From Escherichia phage vB_EcoM_ESCO32, in sequence record OM386658.1: a stretch of 64,000 nucleotides of DNA, one strand, 5' to 3'. The notes under the pieces were generated by a model, which was not told the origin of the DNA, did not search any database, and was given only the letters and a program-made list of their open reading frames with translations. Positions 45,212-55,849 of the stretch are shown here, piece after piece. The first letter of the stretch is position 1. Each line of letters starts with the position of its first letter. A program made the translations under genes and the position numbers.

Positions 45212-45841
45212 TTATTCTATTTGAGCTATCAGCATAGTCATTCGCCCTGTATCATCTCCTTCAGCCTCTGTGTAAAGAGAACCTAAACCACCTATACCAT
45301 GAGGTGGAGTTGTGGCATAATAGGAAGTGAAACCAAAGGCTGCACCCGCTTTCGCACCTAAGCGATAACTACTTAGGATCGGGAAAACGTTAAGTAACTG
45401 TGCTACTGCCTGATCGGATTGTAGACACAAATTATAAAAGAATACGTCGAATGTTTTATTTAATCCAACGTATGTATTAATCGTTTCTTTTTCTGTTCCT
45501 GTAAAACGAGCGAACATATCAATGATATCATCTCGCGTACCAGAAGACGCAACACGATAAGCCCTGATTTTTAATATTGTACGATACTCTTCATCTGTAG
45601 CACCATTTCTTTCCATCCCCATCTCTTCACCAATAAGATCTAAATACTTACCAGTTGCAGTAGAGATTAAGCGGTGTTTGGCAAGATAGATCATTGCCTG
45701 ATCTATCTTTTGTTTTTCGCTAGAAATGATATAGAGTAGTTTGACAATGTTCGGAGAAGATTTAAAATCTTCAATCAGTAGGTCTTTAACATCTTCATTG
45801 ATACTATCCCACGTTGTCACATGGTCAACACTCACTGCCAT
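45212..45841 (-). CDS. hypothetical tail/baseplate protein
   Basis: 209 aa ORF in the tail block; start overlaps the upstream gene. Confidence 0.35.
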   Translation of the reverse strand: MAVSVDHVTTWDSINEDVKDLLIEDFKSSPNIVKLLYIISSEKQKIDQAMIYLAKHRLISTATGKYLDLIGEEMGMERNGATDEEYRTILKIRAYRVASSGTRDDIIDMFARFTGTEKETINTYVGLNKTFDVFFYNLCLQSDQAVAQLLNVFPILSSYRLGAKAGAAFGFTSYYATTPPHGIGGLGSLYTEAEGDDTGRMTMLIAQIE

Positions 45842-45843
45842 TT

Positions 45844-47331
45844 TTAGACTCCGTACTCGTAGGAAATATTATCAAGGTCAAAGGATGGTACAACATTGTA
45901 CGCTGGAGTGATATCTCCCTCATTATATTTACTGTCATCCTCAGTATTAAGTTTAACATAAACACGGAGAGAAGTCAAGCGTCCGAACGCAAGTGCAGAA
46001 TAAATTACACCTTTTATCTGATCGTTAGTTACTGTTGACCCTAACTCAAAATAAGCCTGTAGATTTGAAAGAGCAGAAACGATATTATCTCTTTCTGTTG
46101 TACTTAACACACTACCATTGCCAGTTTGATATACTAGTTTAAGTGAATATTCAGCATTGTCACCAGGAGAAAAACGAATTACTTCTTGACCGCCATCTTC
46201 TGTTACGATAGTAATTGCTGTTGTACCATAGGTTAAGGTGTTAATAGGCTTAGTATTATAAATAACCTGTGCAACTTCTTCTGCTGTACCACCATACACA
46301 ATAGTCTGGAATGTCATAGCTGGAGCATGTTCCTGATCATGTAATGTAGGGTTATCATAAATCTTAACCTTTGTCACACCATCTGTCAGTAGCAGAGCTT
46401 TAACAATAGCAGCACGAGTAGCAGCATTAGCTTCATCCATATTATCATTGAAACGAGAACGGAATTCTGCATCTGTTTCAACATCTGTGCCTGGAGAGAA
46501 TGGATAGAAGTTACCTGTATCTAAAAAGCCTGTAAACGTTGAAGAAATACCTGTGATACTTTCTGTACCTACTGGATTATAACCAACGTCTGAACACGTA
46601 ACTGGAATTTCACTCCATTTTGTACCAATTGCAATAGATGCATAAAATTTCACTGGTGTTACTAGACCTATTGGGTTAACATTATCTTCTGGATTATAAC
46701 CCATGTAAACATTACTAGCATCATTCCATACTAAAGCACGATCTGTTGTTGATACGTTAGCTTTAATGAAATTCGTGAGATCTAAAATAAAGTTTGTATT
46801 GCTAGGACTTAGTGTTTTACTGTTAAGACCACCATCAATAGCACTTTGAATGTAGAAAGTAATAGAAGTTTCACCAGAAGCTGTTGCGTTTGCTTTAGAA
46901 ATGGTATACGCTCCAATCTTAGCATTCAACATTGTTGGTGCACTGACATAATATGTCAAATCGTTATCGGCATTAAAATAAACATCTGTGCTTAGCTCAT
47001 AAGTCCAAGCTGCCTTATTGTTAGATTTAACATAAGCATAACCACTACCAGCAGAAGCTGCCTTACGATAAAAACCTCTTTTAGAGAAAATTTCATCAAG
47101 GTAAATACCTTCTGCACCATCTAAGGTTTGGGTATTGTAAACACCTTGCATACCTTCCCAAAGGGTGTAATCTGTATATGCAATAATACGAAACAGTTGA
47201 CCAAAGACAGTATCTTCAGATGTAGCTGTATCTGCACCGAAAGTGTTTTTCAATGCTGTCATATAATTATTTAGAATATCATCAAACGTTGGAATGACAA
47301 AACCAGCATCTGTTAAACCATAATCTGCCAT
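45844..47331 (-). CDS. hypothetical baseplate/tail structural protein
   Basis: 495 aa ORF, tightly packed (ATGA overlap with the upstream 81 aa gene). Confidence 0.35.
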   Translation of the reverse strand: MADYGLTDAGFVIPTFDDILNNYMTALKNTFGADTATSEDTVFGQLFRIIAYTDYTLWEGMQGVYNTQTLDGAEGIYLDEIFSKRGFYRKAASAGSGYAYVKSNNKAAWTYELSTDVYFNADNDLTYYVSAPTMLNAKIGAYTISKANATASGETSITFYIQSAIDGGLNSKTLSPSNTNFILDLTNFIKANVSTTDRALVWNDASNVYMGYNPEDNVNPIGLVTPVKFYASIAIGTKWSEIPVTCSDVGYNPVGTESITGISSTFTGFLDTGNFYPFSPGTDVETDAEFRSRFNDNMDEANAATRAAIVKALLLTDGVTKVKIYDNPTLHDQEHAPAMTFQTIVYGGTAEEVAQVIYNTKPINTLTYGTTAITIVTEDGGQEVIRFSPGDNAEYSLKLVYQTGNGSVLSTTERDNIVSALSNLQAYFELGSTVTNDQIKGVIYSALAFGRLTSLRVYVKLNTEDDSKYNEGDITPAYNVVPSFDLDNISYEYGV

Positions 47332-47576
47332 TAGTTATCCTCCTTATCAGGGGCAGGTGATCTGCCCCAACGTAAATCTATTAAATTCTTCATTAGTCTG
47401 GATGGTGTGATCATAAAAACAAAAGCCCAGCCCATCCATTCAGGAATTTCTTTATCAATTCCCAAATAAATAAACATACTGGACATAACAATCATACCAA
47501 TAGCATTCCAAACTTTAGTAGAACTGACTTTATTATCAGGATATGTACAAAACATACCTATTAAAAATTTTCTCAT
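47331..47576 (-). CDS. small two-helix membrane protein (hypothetical)
   Basis: 81 aa with two hydrophobic segments (AIGMIVMSSMFIYLGI; WMGWAFVFMITP) and a charged C-terminus. Confidence 0.3.
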   Translation of the reverse strand: MRKFLIGMFCTYPDNKVSSTKVWNAIGMIVMSSMFIYLGIDKEIPEWMGWAFVFMITPSRLMKNLIDLRWGRSPAPDKEDN

Positions 47577-47587
47577 ACTAGAGATCC

Positions 47588-49663
47588 TTAAGAAGAAACA
47601 TATACTGTATCTTGTAAAAAGACATTCAGAGGTACGTTACCCATATAAAAAACTTGGGATTTTGAATTAAGAACAGTTAATGAATCTGCCATAATTTGTG
47701 GATAAGCCCATATGTATTGATACAAACCAACAAACTTCTGGTCATTCAATACAATATTACCTATAATCATTTTCCACAAATATGTTCTGTAGTCTGATTC
47801 AGGATCAAAGCCATATAATGGTGCTAGAGTTGCATCTGGAACAAACCCTGCAAGATAATGTATCTTATCATAACTAAAACCTAGTTGCTCATTAGGTATT
47901 TTAATAGCGTCGAAAGATCTTTCCATCTGACCTTCCAACAACCAGTCATAACATTCTGAACAATAAAAGTCAAAGTTTTCTGGGATATAATAATCTTTAG
48001 GGAAGTTAACAAACTCCATCATACCGTTACCTAAAATGGATGGCACAAATGGTAATAATGTAACTTTAGCCCCAGGATATGCTAATCTAGTATCTGTTGC
48101 AAATTTAGCAACACGCAGTCCTAATGTTTTAGATAGGAATGCATAATATTCATCATATGGTGTACCAGTTTTATAATTCTTAACTGTACCAACATCTTGT
48201 GCATATAATCCAGTTTCATTATTAAATGCAACTTTGGTTGTATAATCATAAATACACGGTAGATTGGTAGCTGTGTTATACCACCACCACGGTTCACCAA
48301 CCTGAATAATAACAGGAAGATCATTGGCAGCGGATATAGAAGCTATCTTATTTATTACACCTTGTAAATAATTCATCCCTTCATCAATTGAAGGAGATAA
48401 AACATAACTTGGTGGCTCATAACCTGTAGCAGCCAGATCATCATTCCAAGTATGTTGAACCCATTCTACAGGACACACTGTACTCATAAGTTCAAAACTT
48501 AAGGAGTTCATTACTGTGTAGCCCATAGCTTTTGCATTAGCGTGGAAATTATCAAACCATGCTTCTGTTGCTGGGTTTAAATATTCTGTTCTATTCAAAA
48601 CCCATTTATTAGAACCAGCATCCCAACTAAACTGATAATAGTGTGACATACCATTATAATGGTTAATCATATCCCTATAACCTAATCTGTAGGTGTTAGA
48701 AATAACTCGCTCTGGGGTCAGGTTATACATATCATCATAAGATGTACACATTCTTATGGTGTGTGCTGGAACATTTAAATTACCCATATTCATCATACTG
48801 TAACCAGTATCAGGCTCCAGTATGGTAAACTTAAAGGAAAGATCCACATTGTCTACAGGAATAATATCTTCAATTTCTTGATACCTTGTGGAGATCAAGG
48901 AGAAGAACATATTATCTATCTGTGTAGTGTCAACAACAATATCATTTTCTGGCCCAGATTTTAAATTTGAGAAATCTAGTTTGATTGTTGCTGTCTTACC
49001 ATCTTCTGAAACTTCTTCTGCATAAAAGTTTAGAGATACATAATGAACTGTTTCATCCTTCAGTGTCACTGTTAAGGATGGTATTAATTTTTCTTCTTTT
49101 AATCCAGGAACACCTTGACTAAGTTCCATTTTAAACCAAAGTTTCTCTTTACTTAAGTCAGAATGTTCTTGGTAGCCTAATCCTTTGTGATCATATTTAT
49201 CGTAAGTTGACCAAATAATCCCAGCAAGACCAGCCACTGTCCTATTAACCATTCTTGCTGTGAAAGAATCACCATTAGAGATAATAGAACAACTTTCTGT
49301 TGCTTGAGAATCTATTGTCCAAAACTTAGGATCAAACATTCTAGACTTCACAACAGGCCAAGTTAGCGGGGTTGTATTCGATTGATCAGTCGTAATAACA
49401 CAACGAATTTCTTCGTTGATCATCATGTTATTTTGACTTATGCTAGTAATCTCAAGAGTAAAATAAAGATCTAAAGAGTTTGCCGGACGTTCATATACAT
49501 CAACCACTACAGTAGCAGAATCTGCATCAGAAGGGAACGTTACTGTTCCCTGTTTAGCTACATAATCTCTACCAGCGACCGCCGTTCCATCGACGGTCTT
49601 ATAGCTGAATGAACTGGCATTTACTCTCGTATTTCGAGTTACAGTAAAAATAGCCTGTTTCAT
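47588..49663 (-). CDS. large virion structural protein (hypothetical)
   Basis: 691 aa, aromatic-rich; no catalytic motif identified by eye. Confidence 0.35.
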   Translation of the reverse strand: MKQAIFTVTRNTRVNASSFSYKTVDGTAVAGRDYVAKQGTVTFPSDADSATVVVDVYERPANSLDLYFTLEITSISQNNMMINEEIRCVITTDQSNTTPLTWPVVKSRMFDPKFWTIDSQATESCSIISNGDSFTARMVNRTVAGLAGIIWSTYDKYDHKGLGYQEHSDLSKEKLWFKMELSQGVPGLKEEKLIPSLTVTLKDETVHYVSLNFYAEEVSEDGKTATIKLDFSNLKSGPENDIVVDTTQIDNMFFSLISTRYQEIEDIIPVDNVDLSFKFTILEPDTGYSMMNMGNLNVPAHTIRMCTSYDDMYNLTPERVISNTYRLGYRDMINHYNGMSHYYQFSWDAGSNKWVLNRTEYLNPATEAWFDNFHANAKAMGYTVMNSLSFELMSTVCPVEWVQHTWNDDLAATGYEPPSYVLSPSIDEGMNYLQGVINKIASISAANDLPVIIQVGEPWWWYNTATNLPCIYDYTTKVAFNNETGLYAQDVGTVKNYKTGTPYDEYYAFLSKTLGLRVAKFATDTRLAYPGAKVTLLPFVPSILGNGMMEFVNFPKDYYIPENFDFYCSECYDWLLEGQMERSFDAIKIPNEQLGFSYDKIHYLAGFVPDATLAPLYGFDPESDYRTYLWKMIIGNIVLNDQKFVGLYQYIWAYPQIMADSLTVLNSKSQVFYMGNVPLNVFLQDTVYVSS

Positions 49664-49671
49664 TATTTTCC

Positions 49672-52548
49672 TTATTTGGTTACATCAACACTAATATCAT
49701 TCATAGTTAGAACAGTTAGTGTCGGTATGTTACTATTGTCCAAAATTGGTAAGGCGTTTTGAGGATTTAGTTTACGATATAAAGCATATAAACCAAAACC
49801 ACGTAATAGTTCTCCAGCATGGAAACCAAAGAACATTCCGTTATCTGAATCTGGACGCGGTGCAACACTCCAGCAACCATTCATTGGATGGTTAGGGGAG
49901 AGCACAATATAGTTTTGCTGAATCAGATCAAAACATCTGTCTGCTACAATACCAATGTTTGGAATTTGTGAATCATAACCTGCCAAGCCCATGATTGAAC
50001 AACCCGCCATAAACAGTGCAGACATATGACTAGTAAAGTCATCTATAGGCGCAAGAACTGTACCATCTGGGTTAAAGATAGTTGGTGTTCTTCCATCATT
50101 ATTGTCTTGGAACCATTTAAGGTAGTTGATCCAATTTTTACAAACAGTTACTAGTTTTTCAGGAGGTGTTTCTCCTCTTTGTACAAGTTCGTATACAGCA
50201 TGACAAGCACAGTAGAATGCACGAGCTTCATAGCCATCCCACGCTTTTTCATTCCAGTGTTTCATTGTAAACGTATTAGGTTCACCGTATTTTCTTGCAT
50301 CCCAACGATCCCACACATATGCTTGTGCCATAGGCCCAGGCATCACAGGATCAAACGTGTTATAAAACCACATTTGAGCATCATACAAGAAATCAATACT
50401 GTTGTTTAAACGTGTCCAATCAATATCCCTACCTGCGAAACAGTATAAGGAAGGATACTGGTATCCTGGGTATGGAATACCACGCCATCCATCGTATAAT
50501 GCAGTGTTTGGGTCACTGATATTAGAGAATGGAATTATTCCTGGTGTGTAATTAAGACTATTTAACTTATAGTCAATAATAGTACAATCACCTAACTTAG
50601 CAGTATGAGGACTTGAAGCCTGTACAGTAATACGGAAGTACATTGTATAATCATCACCAGAAGATGACGAATATCTTTCAGGTACATCGTTAATACAATA
50701 GAAATCTATTGTTCCTGTTAAACCATTGACAGGAGCCGTATCCAGAACTAAATTTACCTGATCTACCGCAGTAAGATTTATTGCTGAAGGTTTAGGATCT
50801 GTATCTGGATGATTAGGCTGGTAAGCACTTAACTGAAAATCAGAAGCTGATAAAGTCTTCGTACTCCATGCTCCTTGCGTTTTAGGCAGCATAGCCCACC
50901 ATCTCCAACCTTGAGCATCCGTGATAGTCATGTTAAAGTCATCCTCATATGTTCTATATGTAATAGACTTAACATTAGCTTTTGATGTAGGAGTTAACCA
51001 AAAACCAACAGTGACACCACCATCCGTATCCATTGATGCAGTAACAATCTGGTCATCATTAGTTCCAGCAATACCTGTTACATACTTAAATTGTACCACA
51101 GTATTGTCACCCCAGTCAACAATAATTCGCGGATCTGCGATAATATATGTTCCACCATTTGGAGGGGTACTTCTCATAAAGCTGGATAATGGAATATCCA
51201 TGCTTGTCATATTAGCTGTACCTAATGGTAAGCCACAACGGTAAGTTACTGTGTTATTTTCATCTTTGGTCTTACTTAGCTCCAATTCTGGACGGAAAAG
51301 AATACCATGTCCTGCATCATCTACACCTTGGAACTGAACTCGTAACTTAGATTTCTGATCAACTTTAAACCAAATGGATTGCTGTTCTAATGTTGTTTGA
51401 GCAGCAACATCTTGTCTAATAACAATATAACCTAAAGTATCTCTTGAATATTTAGGTATTGCTGTAGATGGATACGAATAATCGTAAGAGATGCCATCTG
51501 TAAACGGAATAGTTGCATATGTAGACTTACGGAAGAATTTATCAAACATATCAATGTTTGAATAATCTTGACACACTAACAGTGAAGACTGCCAGCATAG
51601 CCAATATTTTCTTTCCCCTGTAATTTGGTACATCAGGTAATTAGCATCACACCACCAAGTTTCGGCATCTGACGCATTATCCTGAAAGCCCATTTCTACC
51701 GGAACGTTAACTGGTCTGTTATGCCACATAGTGTTACGCTCCATTAAATAACCACCGTGTTCAACAGGGTTACAAGTCGCGTAGTTAAATTTATATGTAC
51801 CATTTACAGAAGTATTTTTTAGTTGAACTGTTCCGTATTGAGATGTTGGAAAACCTTCTTCTAAGATATTTCCATCCCAATCAACTTTACGTCCTAGACG
51901 ATCAATGATCCAATCAACATCCCATTGATCTCCCTTCTTAGACCAATCTGTTGTACCATCTGCATTAACAGCATATACTGTAGCGTTTACAGAGTTCCAT
52001 CCTAGATTACCATTAAAAGCAAACCATGCTTTGTCAAGGTATTCTCCCCAATGTGGAGCACCATGAGGAATAACTGTTCTACCATTAGTCCACGTCATTA
52101 AGCTACCCTTAAAACCTCCGTGTGTAGGGTAGCCATCATCTGTAAGAGGATAATGTGCAAGACGTGGTTCTTTACCGTTAATAATCCAGTTAGGGCGATA
52201 CTTTGCTGGCGGATCTGGGATAGGTTGACCACCAAAGAAGTAATCTATATAGGCTTGCCAATATTTTTTAGCAGAGTCTAAATACTTTGTATCGCCGGAA
52301 GCTAGGTATGCATAAGCGCAACCAAGAATAAGCACGGATTGACCTTCTGTTGTAGCATCCCCGTTTGGTTGCCCTTCTTGAGCAGTCCAGTTTATAAAGT
52401 GTCTGTTATTAGCTAGAACGTTTTGTGGGTTTAATACATAGTGTTGCACTGTAGGATCTACAGTTAAACCTGTATTACGATCTAAGAACTGAATATGTCC
52501 ATCGATCAGTTGAAAAACATTGTCAATTCTGTGCTTAATTCTTGACAT
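49672..52548 (-). CDS. large virion structural protein (hypothetical, possible carbohydrate-active domain)
   Basis: 958 aa, Trp/Tyr/Asp-rich sequence reminiscent of glycan-binding or glycosidase folds, but no specific motif confirmed. Confidence 0.35.
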   Translation of the reverse strand: MSRIKHRIDNVFQLIDGHIQFLDRNTGLTVDPTVQHYVLNPQNVLANNRHFINWTAQEGQPNGDATTEGQSVLILGCAYAYLASGDTKYLDSAKKYWQAYIDYFFGGQPIPDPPAKYRPNWIINGKEPRLAHYPLTDDGYPTHGGFKGSLMTWTNGRTVIPHGAPHWGEYLDKAWFAFNGNLGWNSVNATVYAVNADGTTDWSKKGDQWDVDWIIDRLGRKVDWDGNILEEGFPTSQYGTVQLKNTSVNGTYKFNYATCNPVEHGGYLMERNTMWHNRPVNVPVEMGFQDNASDAETWWCDANYLMYQITGERKYWLCWQSSLLVCQDYSNIDMFDKFFRKSTYATIPFTDGISYDYSYPSTAIPKYSRDTLGYIVIRQDVAAQTTLEQQSIWFKVDQKSKLRVQFQGVDDAGHGILFRPELELSKTKDENNTVTYRCGLPLGTANMTSMDIPLSSFMRSTPPNGGTYIIADPRIIVDWGDNTVVQFKYVTGIAGTNDDQIVTASMDTDGGVTVGFWLTPTSKANVKSITYRTYEDDFNMTITDAQGWRWWAMLPKTQGAWSTKTLSASDFQLSAYQPNHPDTDPKPSAINLTAVDQVNLVLDTAPVNGLTGTIDFYCINDVPERYSSSSGDDYTMYFRITVQASSPHTAKLGDCTIIDYKLNSLNYTPGIIPFSNISDPNTALYDGWRGIPYPGYQYPSLYCFAGRDIDWTRLNNSIDFLYDAQMWFYNTFDPVMPGPMAQAYVWDRWDARKYGEPNTFTMKHWNEKAWDGYEARAFYCACHAVYELVQRGETPPEKLVTVCKNWINYLKWFQDNNDGRTPTIFNPDGTVLAPIDDFTSHMSALFMAGCSIMGLAGYDSQIPNIGIVADRCFDLIQQNYIVLSPNHPMNGCWSVAPRPDSDNGMFFGFHAGELLRGFGLYALYRKLNPQNALPILDNSNIPTLTVLTMNDISVDVTK

Positions 52549-53021
52549 TAAATCACTCCTGCCATCACTAAACTACCTATCCAGGTAGCTCCATTATCAT
52601 AACTAACAAATTCAAAAATATCTGTAGCTCCCTGTTTATAACTCAAAACAGGAGCGCGACCAAAACTCCATTTAACAGATTGAGGCCACGTTACTTTATT
52701 TGCTCCACTGCCTTGACGTAGGGATAGCGTAAAGTTTTGAACAATGTTAGTTGTAACTGGAACATTACTAAATGAAATACTGCAAGTTGGACTAGATAAA
52801 GTGGCAGAGAAATACTCTGCCGTGCTAATATCTAAAGCTAGGGTATTTGTGACAGTACCCCTTGCAGAAAGACGATTTCGTGTAACACCAGCACCCGCAA
52901 GAAGAACACGTAATGATGTTTTCTTAGTGATGCCTGATTGATCTGTTACAAAATAATCTGTGTCTGAAACAGATGTTGTTACAGGTAGATCAGACACCTT
53001 GATTGTAGTTAAATCAGCCAT
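52548..53021 (-). CDS. hypothetical tail/baseplate protein
   Basis: 157 aa ORF, ATGA-coupled to the downstream gene. Confidence 0.35.
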   Translation of the reverse strand: MADLTTIKVSDLPVTTSVSDTDYFVTDQSGITKKTSLRVLLAGAGVTRNRLSARGTVTNTLALDISTAEYFSATLSSPTCSISFSNVPVTTNIVQNFTLSLRQGSGANKVTWPQSVKWSFGRAPVLSYKQGATDIFEFVSYDNGATWIGSLVMAGVI

Positions 53022-53649
53022 TATTATTTGTAGCTCCCATTGTTGCTGTTATAGCATAGTTGTAATTGGTTGCAAGACCTTTATTGGCTTCGTTAACAAG
53101 GTATTTTTCAATCAATGCCTCGTTAGACCACTCATTCCACCAAGTAGAATAAGTATCTTTAGGAAGACCAACAATGTTAATAAAGCGATAGAGTCTATTT
53201 GCAGATTCAACAATTTCAAATGCTTCACAAGTGATTGCTGCATTATCGTCACCAGCTTCTGGATAGATATATTCTTCAGACGGCTGTGTACTGAATAGAG
53301 CACTAACAACTTGTTCACCAACTGTAACAGTAACGTTCATTGAGTAATACCTATCATCTCTATCATAAGAGGATGTGTAGGAATTAATATTATCTATATA
53401 AACATTACTTGCGATAGTTGATAAGAAAATGCGATCAACAATCTCTTTCTTCTTGGCAACACCAATAATCTCTTGCAGATATGGAACCCCAAAATTAGAG
53501 TTGAGGAACCATTCTCCACGGAAAGTTCTAAGTGTTATTCCAAGCGTCTGTGCTGCAATTTCACTTTTAGTTGTGGTTAGTGTTAAATCACCATCCACCA
53601 TTACTAAATCGTTAGAACCATCAAGTTTTAAATCAAATGGTATTCCCAT
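53014..53649 (-). CDS. hypothetical tail/baseplate protein
   Basis: 211 aa ORF overlapping its neighbours. Confidence 0.35.
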   Translation of the reverse strand: MGIPFDLKLDGSNDLVMVDGDLTLTTTKSEIAAQTLGITLRTFRGEWFLNSNFGVPYLQEIIGVAKKKEIVDRIFLSTIASNVYIDNINSYTSSYDRDDRYYSMNVTVTVGEQVVSALFSTQPSEEYIYPEAGDDNAAITCEAFEIVESANRLYRFINIVGLPKDTYSTWWNEWSNEALIEKYLVNEANKGLATNYNYAITATMGATNNNG

Positions 53650-53652
53650 CTG

Positions 53653-54390
53653 TTAACCTCCATTTGGTTTGTCGGAAGTAACAGTGCCACCACCAGTTTC
53701 AACACCGCGTACAGGGTGTGTATGTGTGTGTAAACCAATGCCACCACTATCTGTCATACGACCGTCAGGTGTGATTGTTAAACCGTTTAAATTTACAGTA
53801 CCACCTTTATATGTCATAGTCCCACCTTGCAGTGTAAGTTTTCCTCCTCCTGCATCGGTAAGGACAATACTGTTTGGTGTCATATCTATTTTCATACCTT
53901 GTGTGTTGTACACAGATATATTACCGTTAGGATCAAACGAAGCGTAAGTTTGCTTGTTATTTGAGATAACAACTTTTTCAGAATCTACTTCTTCTGAAGA
54001 ATCTGTAGCTGTTGCTATCTTAGGAATAAAACAGGCTGGATACAAACCACAAGGTTGAATTAATGTTCCGCTGCTGGCTGTATCTCCATCTGTCTGGAAA
54101 GCATTCGACGGATCTCTTTCTGAAAAGACAACAACACCAATATCTCCTGCTTTAATTGGAAATGAAATTCTACCTGTACCACCACCATTTACCATAAAAG
54201 GAACATCGTGGAATGTTGGGTAATCTATTTCATCTTCAGTAGATCTGGTATTTTTTACGATAGATTCTAAAGTTACTGTCTTAGATCCATAATCTACACC
54301 AATTACCCTTACAGGTAAAGATGTATGTACTTCCGCAACTTGTTCGTTGATTAATCCACGGATTGCTGTTACAAAATTTAAAGCATCCAT
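53653..54390 (-). CDS. baseplate central spike-like protein (gpV-like), putative
   Basis: OB-fold-like N-terminus (VRVIGVDYGSKTVTLESI...IKAGDIGVVVFSERD), C-terminal Gly-rich beta-helix repeats (GGGKLTLQGGTMTYKGGTVNLNG) and an apical HTHTHP His cluster. Confidence 0.4.
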   Translation of the reverse strand: MDALNFVTAIRGLINEQVAEVHTSLPVRVIGVDYGSKTVTLESIVKNTRSTEDEIDYPTFHDVPFMVNGGGTGRISFPIKAGDIGVVVFSERDPSNAFQTDGDTASSGTLIQPCGLYPACFIPKIATATDSSEEVDSEKVVISNNKQTYASFDPNGNISVYNTQGMKIDMTPNSIVLTDAGGGKLTLQGGTMTYKGGTVNLNGLTITPDGRMTDSGGIGLHTHTHPVRGVETGGGTVTSDKPNGG

Positions 54391-54392
54391 TT

Positions 54393-55403
54393 CTAGCCCT
54401 TCTTAATAATTGCAGATACAGATACAGACTCTACTTCAGTTGTCCAGTCTTTACCTTCCCTATCTCCTGTATGAACAACAGACACCACCTTAAAACCACC
54501 ATCATAGTTATGACTCTTGAGCCAAACAGTTTTTTCTGGTAAGATAGCACCGTTCATTTCACATCTGAACTTAACACCATCTGTAGGCTTTTTAGCTTTC
54601 TTAGAAGATTTAGTTACTTTTTGTGTTGGTTTAATATCATTGTGGAAAGGTTCTGGACTACCAATTAAACCTGTTTCTGCACTAATATATGCGCATCTTG
54701 CACTAGACATTTGTGATCTTGGTGTCACGTAAACAGATCCATCTTGTATCGACACATTGTGATCAATACCTTTACAGATACTTTCTAAGTAATGTGATGT
54801 GTTACCACACATAGCTGTTGCAGATGATAAAGTTTGCTCTGTGTCTACGTGAATATTACCTTCTGTAGTACCTAAATCTTTAACTAGGTCTTTAACAACT
54901 TTACTTACTTTTGTACCTTTCGGATAACTTCGGCTTGTCCTTGCTTCGGAGATGTTAATACCACCATCCAGACAATGCAACACTGTACGTCTGTCTGTAT
55001 TGTTAAAAGTATCACTCACCCATTGCACCGTTCCCTTAAAGATCATAATTAACTCTTGACCTTCATAACCTACTGCCAAAGCAACAGCCAAGTTGTTACG
55101 AATACCTTTGTTAATATAATTAACAGTATCATCACTTAGGTTATAAATAGTTATTTCGGCTTGATTAGGATCTTTATTATTATCTTTTCTTATTGTGAAA
55201 GATATTTGGTGCTCCGTAATAACATACAAATTAGGGGTTGATTTTTTAGCATCCCCTAGTTTAGTATCTAAGTCTACTGTAGATTTGAAAGAGGAATTTT
55301 TTGTCCTTTTTTCTTTAGTATTAGTAGCTGTACCTATTAACAGTTTGTATGCTCTGTTTAGATTGGGTGCAGGAGCTTTTGTATAATCTCTTTTTTCTGC
55401 CAT
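54393..55403 (-). CDS. hypothetical tail/baseplate protein
   Basis: 336 aa ORF. Confidence 0.35.
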   Translation of the reverse strand: MAEKRDYTKAPAPNLNRAYKLLIGTATNTKEKRTKNSSFKSTVDLDTKLGDAKKSTPNLYVITEHQISFTIRKDNNKDPNQAEITIYNLSDDTVNYINKGIRNNLAVALAVGYEGQELIMIFKGTVQWVSDTFNNTDRRTVLHCLDGGINISEARTSRSYPKGTKVSKVVKDLVKDLGTTEGNIHVDTEQTLSSATAMCGNTSHYLESICKGIDHNVSIQDGSVYVTPRSQMSSARCAYISAETGLIGSPEPFHNDIKPTQKVTKSSKKAKKPTDGVKFRCEMNGAILPEKTVWLKSHNYDGGFKVVSVVHTGDREGKDWTTEVESVSVSAIIKKG

Positions 55404-55418
55404 TTAAAACTCCTTTTA

Positions 55419-55838
55419 TCATGCTTGATATGGAAGAGCGTCGATATAAACCAAAGCAAATCTTTTATCTACACCTGTGTCATAGTAATTAGGTCTACCA
55501 TTTATTTTAACAGTATCTACCAAATAAAGTTGACCATCCGGTACAGATTCTATATACTTATATGGTTCTAGAAGATCTAAACCATTGGTTACTTTAAAAG
55601 TTACACTAGGATTATCTCCTGATAAGCCTAATTGCATTTGCCACGACTGATCTCTTGTATTCCACCTCAAACGTATATCATAATCTACTCCATCGAGAGT
55701 TACTGTATATGTTTGATCTGGATACTGTTCTGTAGGTAAGTACCAAGAATAGTAGCCTAAATTTCGATCAATAAATACTGCATTGTAGCCACTATTAGAT
55801 GTGCTTCTACTGATCTTTGAATAAGATGAAATAGCCAA
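55419..55838 (-). CDS. hypothetical tail protein
   Basis: 139 aa ORF. Confidence 0.35.
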   Translation of the reverse strand: MAISSYSKISRSTSNSGYNAVFIDRNLGYYSWYLPTEQYPDQTYTVTLDGVDYDIRLRWNTRDQSWQMQLGLSGDNPSVTFKVTNGLDLLEPYKYIESVPDGQLYLVDTVKINGRPNYYDTGVDKRFALVYIDALPYQA

Positions 55839-55849
55839 AAATTTTCTCC

